From a bacterium (GTDB lineage Bacteria > CLD3 > SB21), in the NCBI GenBank assembly GCA_013360215.1, contig JABWCP010000013.1:1-64000 (forward strand): a stretch of 64,000 bases of DNA, in the 5' to 3' direction. Below are positions 59,101-64,000 of this stretch, piece after piece. Below the pieces are notes generated by a model, which was not told the origin of the DNA, ran no database searches, and worked only from the letters and a program-made list of their open reading frames with translations. Within the stretch, counting starts at the first letter, position 1, and every line of letters starts with the position of its first letter. Made by a program: the position numbers and the translations under genes.

Positions 59101-60444
59101 ATGTCATTATTTGAAATAGACAAATCAGGATTTGAACAACACACAGCACGCATACCGCTTGCAGAACGCATCAGGCCGCGTACGCTAAGTATGGTTATCG
59201 GGCAAGAGCATTTGCTTGGGCATGGGAAAGCTTTGCGTACCCAGATCGAACAAGGTAATGTCGTATCTATGATTTTCTGGGGTCCGCCGGGTACCGGCAA
59301 AACTACTTTGGCGCGCGTGATCGCCGCAGAGACGCGGTCCAAGTTTGTTTCGCTGAGTGCCGTGGAGGCGGGTGTAGCGGATGTACGTCGGGTCATTCAG
59401 GATGCCCAGGCGCTCAAACGGCAGACCGGGGAACGAATGATGTTGTTTATTGATGAAATTCACCGGTTTAACAAGTCACAACAAGATGCCTTGCTGCATA
59501 GTGTTGAAGAAGGAACTATCACGTTGATCGGCGCGACGACAGAGAACCCTTCGTTTGAGGTTATCAATGCTTTACAATCCCGATGTAAAATATACAAGCT
59601 GGAATCTTTGACGGATGCACATCTTGAAAAGATTTTGGATCAAGCGTTAAAAACGGATGATCTTTTAAAAACTCTGACTGTCGAAATCGCCGATCTTCAC
59701 AGTTTGATTTTTTACGCCGCCGGCGATGCCCGTAATTTACTCAACACGTTGGAATTAGCCATACAGATCACCCGACCAGATACGAACGGGAAACACATTG
59801 TTACTCGGGAGATCGTTGAAGAGGCTTATCAGCAGCGTAATATTCATTACGATCGGGCCGGCGAATATCATTATGACACGATCAGCGCTTTTATTAAAAG
59901 CGTCCGCGGGAGCGATCCGGATGCGGCATTGTATTGGATGGCACGTATGCTCGAAGGCGGAGAAGATCCTAAGTTCATTGCTCGACGATTGATTGTTTTG
60001 GCGTCGGAAGATATCGGCAACGCTGATCCCTACGCGCTTACACTGGCGGTTTCGACGTTTACAGCCGTAGATTACATAGGCATGCCGGAGGGTCGCATCG
60101 TCCTTGCGCAGTGTGTTACGTATCTCGCCTCTTGTCCTAAAAGTAACGCATCCTATCTGGCTGTTGACGCTGCTATCCATGATGTACGCTCAGAAAAAGC
60201 ACATCCTGTACCGCTGCATCTTCGTAATGCGCCTACCAAACTGATGGAAAAAATGGATTATAGTAAGGGCTATAAATATGCGCATGATTTTTCAGATCAG
60301 GGGGAGCCGCACTTTGTTGAACAAATATATTTACCGGATGATTTGAAAGCGCGCATTTATTATCAGCCCACAGCCAACGGCGGAGAAAAGCGGTTAAAAG
60401 ATCGGTTGGAAAAAATCTCGAAAAAACGAAATAAAAAGGATTGA
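59101..60444 (+). CDS. rarA: Replication-associated recombination protein A
   Basis: PLAERIRP, GPPGTGKT, DEIHRFNKSQQD, SAFIKSVRGSDPD, VPLHLRNA. Confidence 0.97.
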   Translation: MSLFEIDKSGFEQHTARIPLAERIRPRTLSMVIGQEHLLGHGKALRTQIEQGNVVSMIFWGPPGTGKTTLARVIAAETRSKFVSLSAVEAGVADVRRVIQDAQALKRQTGERMMLFIDEIHRFNKSQQDALLHSVEEGTITLIGATTENPSFEVINALQSRCKIYKLESLTDAHLEKILDQALKTDDLLKTLTVEIADLHSLIFYAAGDARNLLNTLELAIQITRPDTNGKHIVTREIVEEAYQQRNIHYDRAGEYHYDTISAFIKSVRGSDPDAALYWMARMLEGGEDPKFIARRLIVLASEDIGNADPYALTLAVSTFTAVDYIGMPEGRIVLAQCVTYLASCPKSNASYLAVDAAIHDVRSEKAHPVPLHLRNAPTKLMEKMDYSKGYKYAHDFSDQGEPHFVEQIYLPDDLKARIYYQPTANGGEKRLKDRLEKISKKRNKKD

Positions 60445-60447
60445 GTT

Positions 60448-60879
60448 ATGCCTGTTGTTAAAATTCAAAAACTTCATCCGGATGCCAAACTTCCTTCGTA
60501 TGCGCACCCCGGCGATGCAGGTTTGGATATTTGTTCAGTCGAGAGGGTAGAAATATTACCCCATGCTTCAGCTTTGATCAAAACAGGTTTTTGCATGCAG
60601 CTTCCCGACGGCACAGAAGCACAAGTGCGACCTCGAAGCGGTCTTGCTCTCAAACATCAAATCACCGTACTCAATTCACCCGGTACGATTGATCACGGTT
60701 ATCGGGGTGAGGTGGGTATCATTCTTATCAATCACGGGTCAACTCCTTTTATAGTAGAACCCGGTATGAAAATCGCACAAATGGTCATCGCAGAAGTGCT
60801 GCACGCACATGTGGAGGAGGCGACGGAGCTCACGGATAGTTCGCGCGGTCAGGGCGGGTTTGGCAGTACGGGGCGGTAG
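60448..60879 (+). CDS. dut: dUTP diphosphatase
   Basis: [29 protein letters not shown]. Confidence 0.97.
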   Translation: MPVVKIQKLHPDAKLPSYAHPGDAGLDICSVERVEILPHASALIKTGFCMQLPDGTEAQVRPRSGLALKHQITVLNSPGTIDHGYRGEVGIILINHGSTPFIVEPGMKIAQMVIAEVLHAHVEEATELTDSSRGQGGFGSTGR

Positions 60880-60881
60880 AT

Positions 60882-61577
60882 ATGTCAAATTTATTTCAAA
60901 TACATCGTTTGGGTTTGGCGGATTACCAAGCCGCTTGGGATCTACAAAAACAACTTTTTGATGATTGTTTAAGTGGTCGAAATGGTGATGCGATTATTAT
61001 TTGCGAGCATCCTCATACATATACAGTTGGTAAAAACGGTGTTGAGAGCGTTGGAAAACATTTATTGCTTAATCAGGAACAGCTCCGGGAAAACGGAATT
61101 CGGGTTTTTGAAATCGATCGTGGCGGCGATATCACATATCATGGTCCGGGACAAATCGTAGGCTATCCGATTCTCAACCTAAACCGTTATTATCGCGATG
61201 TGCACCGATATTTGCGTGATATCGAAGAAGTAATTATTCGTACGATTCGTCATTATAATATTGTAGGAAAACGAATTGAAAAGGTTACCGGGGTATGGGT
61301 TGATACACCGCGCGGACCTGAAAAAATCTGTGCGATCGGCGTTAAAGTAACCCGATGGGTCACGATGCACGGCTTTGCAATGAATGTGAATACAAATCTC
61401 GATTTTTTTAACGGAATCGTACCCTGCGGTATCACGGACAAGGGCGTAACATCCATAGCAAAGTTGCTTAATAAAGAACAAGATATCAGAGAAATAGAAA
61501 ACGTGATCATCCATGAGTTTCAGTCCGTATTTAAACCTGCCGAAATGCCAATAATGGAAAATCAAGGAGCGATATGA
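60882..61577 (+). CDS. lipB: Lipoyl(octanoyl) transferase
   Basis: EHPHTYT.G, RGGDITYHGPGQ, KICAIG, HGFAMN, IVPCG. Confidence 0.96.
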   Translation: MSNLFQIHRLGLADYQAAWDLQKQLFDDCLSGRNGDAIIICEHPHTYTVGKNGVESVGKHLLLNQEQLRENGIRVFEIDRGGDITYHGPGQIVGYPILNLNRYYRDVHRYLRDIEEVIIRTIRHYNIVGKRIEKVTGVWVDTPRGPEKICAIGVKVTRWVTMHGFAMNVNTNLDFFNGIVPCGITDKGVTSIAKLLNKEQDIREIENVIIHEFQSVFKPAEMPIMENQGAI

Positions 61578-62458
61578 AAAAATATATCTTTTGTTATGTG
61601 GTAATAATATCTGAAGTGTTGGGTCGGTGGGGCCTGGCACAAAATCCGGATCAAGCCAAATTCTGGTATGATAAAGGACGATCCGCGTATCTTCGTTTTA
61701 TGTCAGAAGACTACAAGACGGCGTTGTCTTATTATGAAAGGTCGACTGCTGCGGATTCCAACTACGCACCGGCTTTTGCCGGAAAAGCGGAGGCGTTGAC
61801 GCTTTTAGCTTTGGAAAAAGAACAAAATGGTTTGGCAGCAGAAGTTGATTTTACCCATGCGTTACGATCAGCCCAACAAGCGATAGCTAAAAAACCAGAC
61901 CAAAACTTAGGTTACCGTGCTCTTGCACAAGCATATCTGAATATGGACCCCAAAACATACGGCGAAAAAGCGCATGATGCGTTACAGCGTGCCATAGAGT
62001 TGGATTCAACCGATGCGGAAAGTTATTTTTTATTGTGGCTTCTGACCGAAAACGACAAACCAAACAGCCCGTTTTTGCGATTATCATTGAAGTTAGATCC
62101 TAATTCGTTTCAAACTCACTATGCTTTAGGCCAATACTGGTCTCGTAATAAACAGCCGGATAAAGCGATAGACGAGTACAAGTTATGTATACGGATTAAT
62201 CCGGACAATTACCGCTCTTATTATTCACTTGGCAATGTATACTCACAAATCAAACGCTACGATATGGCCGTGGAAGAATACGAGAAAGCTATTGCAATAA
62301 ATAAAAACCTGTACGAAGCGTATTTTTATGTCGGTGTAGCGTATTATTATTTAGATAAAAACAAAAAAGCACAACAACGACTCTCTCAATATATAGAGAT
62401 GCAACCTAATCCTAAATATAAGCCACAGGCCGAACAGCTTCTCATGGATATGAAATAA
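61574..62458 (+). CDS. Secreted TPR protein
   Basis: Signal-like N-terminus; multiple TPR repeats. Confidence 0.85.
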   Translation: MKKYIFCYVVIISEVLGRWGLAQNPDQAKFWYDKGRSAYLRFMSEDYKTALSYYERSTAADSNYAPAFAGKAEALTLLALEKEQNGLAAEVDFTHALRSAQQAIAKKPDQNLGYRALAQAYLNMDPKTYGEKAHDALQRAIELDSTDAESYFLLWLLTENDKPNSPFLRLSLKLDPNSFQTHYALGQYWSRNKQPDKAIDEYKLCIRINPDNYRSYYSLGNVYSQIKRYDMAVEEYEKAIAINKNLYEAYFYVGVAYYYLDKNKKAQQRLSQYIEMQPNPKYKPQAEQLLMDMK

Positions 62459-62528
62459 AACGCTTTGAGCGCGAAAGTAACGCGGCATCCTAAAATAGGG
62501 CATGGCCATATTTGGAGTGCATATGGTA

Positions 62529-63014
62529 TTATACTTTCCAACGATATTGATACGCTAGCGGGCCTGGCTTCTTACATTCTACTATGTTACTGTTTCCAAA
62601 ATGAAGTTTATTTAGGTGAATTATGATATGATATCCATCTTTCGATATTATCCATAGATTGGGTTTTAGTTTATAAGGTTTTAAACTATAATCAGGATCA
62701 AGGAATACCCCTGTTTTCTTTCTTAACTCCTTAAGTGTAATGTCAATATTATAATTATTTTGAATCGAACTCGATACAAAAGCTCTACCGTTGGAAAGAT
62801 AGAGAAAATGATGATAAAACTCTGTGAATGAATCGCCATCAGGGTTGCCGTGCTTTCGGTGAGTCAAAACATGTAGTCCCTGCTGGTGTTTATCAAAATA
62901 AACGCACTCAAGGCTCGTTGGGTATTTAAATACTAATAAGTAGAATATCCAAAATGGAACGATCAAAATAGATATTACAAAAAAAACTCCAGCGTCCATA
63001 GGTGTCGTATCCAT
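62529..63014 (-). CDS. Hypothetical membrane-anchored protein (low GC)
   Basis: N-terminal TM helix; coupled to the upstream ORF. Confidence 0.6.
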   Translation of the reverse strand: MDTTPMDAGVFFVISILIVPFWIFYLLVFKYPTSLECVYFDKHQQGLHVLTHRKHGNPDGDSFTEFYHHFLYLSNGRAFVSSSIQNNYNIDITLKELRKKTGVFLDPDYSLKPYKLKPNLWIISKDGYHIIIHLNKLHFGNSNIVECKKPGPLAYQYRWKV

Positions 63015-63016
63015 TT

Positions 63017-63385
63017 CTATTTTACTTCAATCTGTCCACAACCGCTTAGCTCGGATTCGTCGTTTACAACTATCGCAGCCGTAAATACACCACTTTCCGC
63101 CACTTCTATAAACGTTGTAAAATAATCTAATTGATCTGCTTGTATTTCGGAGATTTTATACTTCAAATTGTTTTTATACCATTGTACTTTTAACGGTATA
63201 AAATCACTGCATCTTTTCTCAAAGTGCGCATACAATTTGACGGTATCCTTTTTATCAATATCAAAAAAAGAACAATAATCGCTATTTCGAATTTGCTGAT
63301 ATGGCGTAACGAACAGATGGGTGCAGTCGCTCATGGAAGTAAATTGCTGTGCACATAAAATCGAAGCGTATATTATAATAATCAA
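63017..63385 (-). CDS. Hypothetical secreted Ig-like protein (low GC)
   Basis: Pattern V.W..N...G.F...IV resembles the DUF2914-like domain at 26798. Confidence 0.55.
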   Translation of the reverse strand: MIIIIYASILCAQQFTSMSDCTHLFVTPYQQIRNSDYCSFFDIDKKDTVKLYAHFEKRCSDFIPLKVQWYKNNLKYKISEIQADQLDYFTTFIEVAESGVFTAAIVVNDESELSGCGQIEVK

Positions 63386-63394
63386 TTTATTATC

Positions 63395-64000
63395 TCATTT
63401 TGAGATAGGGCCGATATACTTTTTAGCAATTACCAAATGATCAAAGAATATAGAGCCGATGTGATTAGCATTATTATTATCATTAAAATTTTTCAACCAA
63501 ATATAATTTAAGTTTAACGCGGGGTCATTTCGCCACTGAAATCCCTCGAACGGTATGCCTGAACCCTCTGTAAAAAATGCTTCACTCCAAGTCCCAACAG
63601 GAAACATGTAGCCCAGATGAAATATTTGAACACCATCAACCCACAGTTTCAGTTCGCCATTAGAAGCCGAAACCGGACTATTTAATTTAATCATCATTTC
63701 GATGCAGTGCCACGAGGTCAAACTAATATTATTGGCGGTCGAGTTATTAATAAACTCATTTCCATAATAGGATCCAGCATTCGGCCCGGTAGTGTAGGGG
63801 TGCATGCCCATCCAATAATTATAAAATCCAAATTTCGAATAGTCGGCGGGATTTTGTCTTGCAGCACCTGTTATTTCTGTACCTACGTGAAATTCTACAT
63901 TGCCAAGCGGTTTGACGCCGGACTTTTGTCCGGCTGTTGGCGATGGTGGATTTTTGCCGCCGACATAAACACCGGAATGGTGATATGCAGTGGTATTGTC
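63395..64000 (-). CDS. Polysaccharide-lyase/LamG-like beta-sandwich protein, 5' end outside the window
   Basis: Frame is open to the window edge (DNTTAYHHSGVYVGG...YNYWMGMHP); WHCIEMMIKLNS...NGELKLWVDG, FFDHLVIAKKYIGP. Confidence 0.7.
   Translation of the reverse strand, partial: DNTTAYHHSGVYVGGKNPPSPTAGQKSGVKPLGNVEFHVGTEITGAARQNPADYSKFGFYNYWMGMHPYTTGPNAGSYYGNEFINNSTANNISLTSWHCIEMMIKLNSPVSASNGELKLWVDGVQIFHLGYMFPVGTWSEAFFTEGSGIPFEGFQWRNDPALNLNYIWLKNFNDNNNANHIGSIFFDHLVIAKKYIGPISK

Overview
64 kb of gene-dense bacterial chromosome, mostly housekeeping genes. It probably comes from an FCB-group organism (Calditrichota/KSB1/Ignavibacteria-like), inferred from two GWxTD proteins, a TonB-dependent receptor, a propeller/Y_Y_Y sensor kinase and a choice-of-anchor-X-like lipoprotein. 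Recognisable genes are lpdA, engB, asnS, mutS2, moeA, era, rimO, rpsU, a Tat-exported PaoABC/YagTSR-like molybdoenzyme, ruvA, radC, cdd, an MscS channel, a DEAD-box helicase, lipA, rarA, dut and lipB. I saw no tRNA, rRNA, CRISPR array, transposase or integrase. Two genes cut by the window edges were missed or truncated by the ORF track: a PLP-dependent decarboxylase at the left and a lyase-like protein at the right. The most interesting signals are: (1) a stand-alone SIR2(NADase)-TPR gene whose TPR block is much lower in GC than the rest of the gene, a candidate one-gene defence system; (2) an AT-rich surface-gene cluster before rpsU, with an outer-membrane barrel gene broken by two compensating homopolymer frameshifts and preceded by an unannotated structured RNA-like element; (3) a second candidate hairpin sRNA; (4) a three-copy TetR operator; (5) several unusual secreted or membrane architectures. 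All calls are by eye from motifs; no database searches were run.
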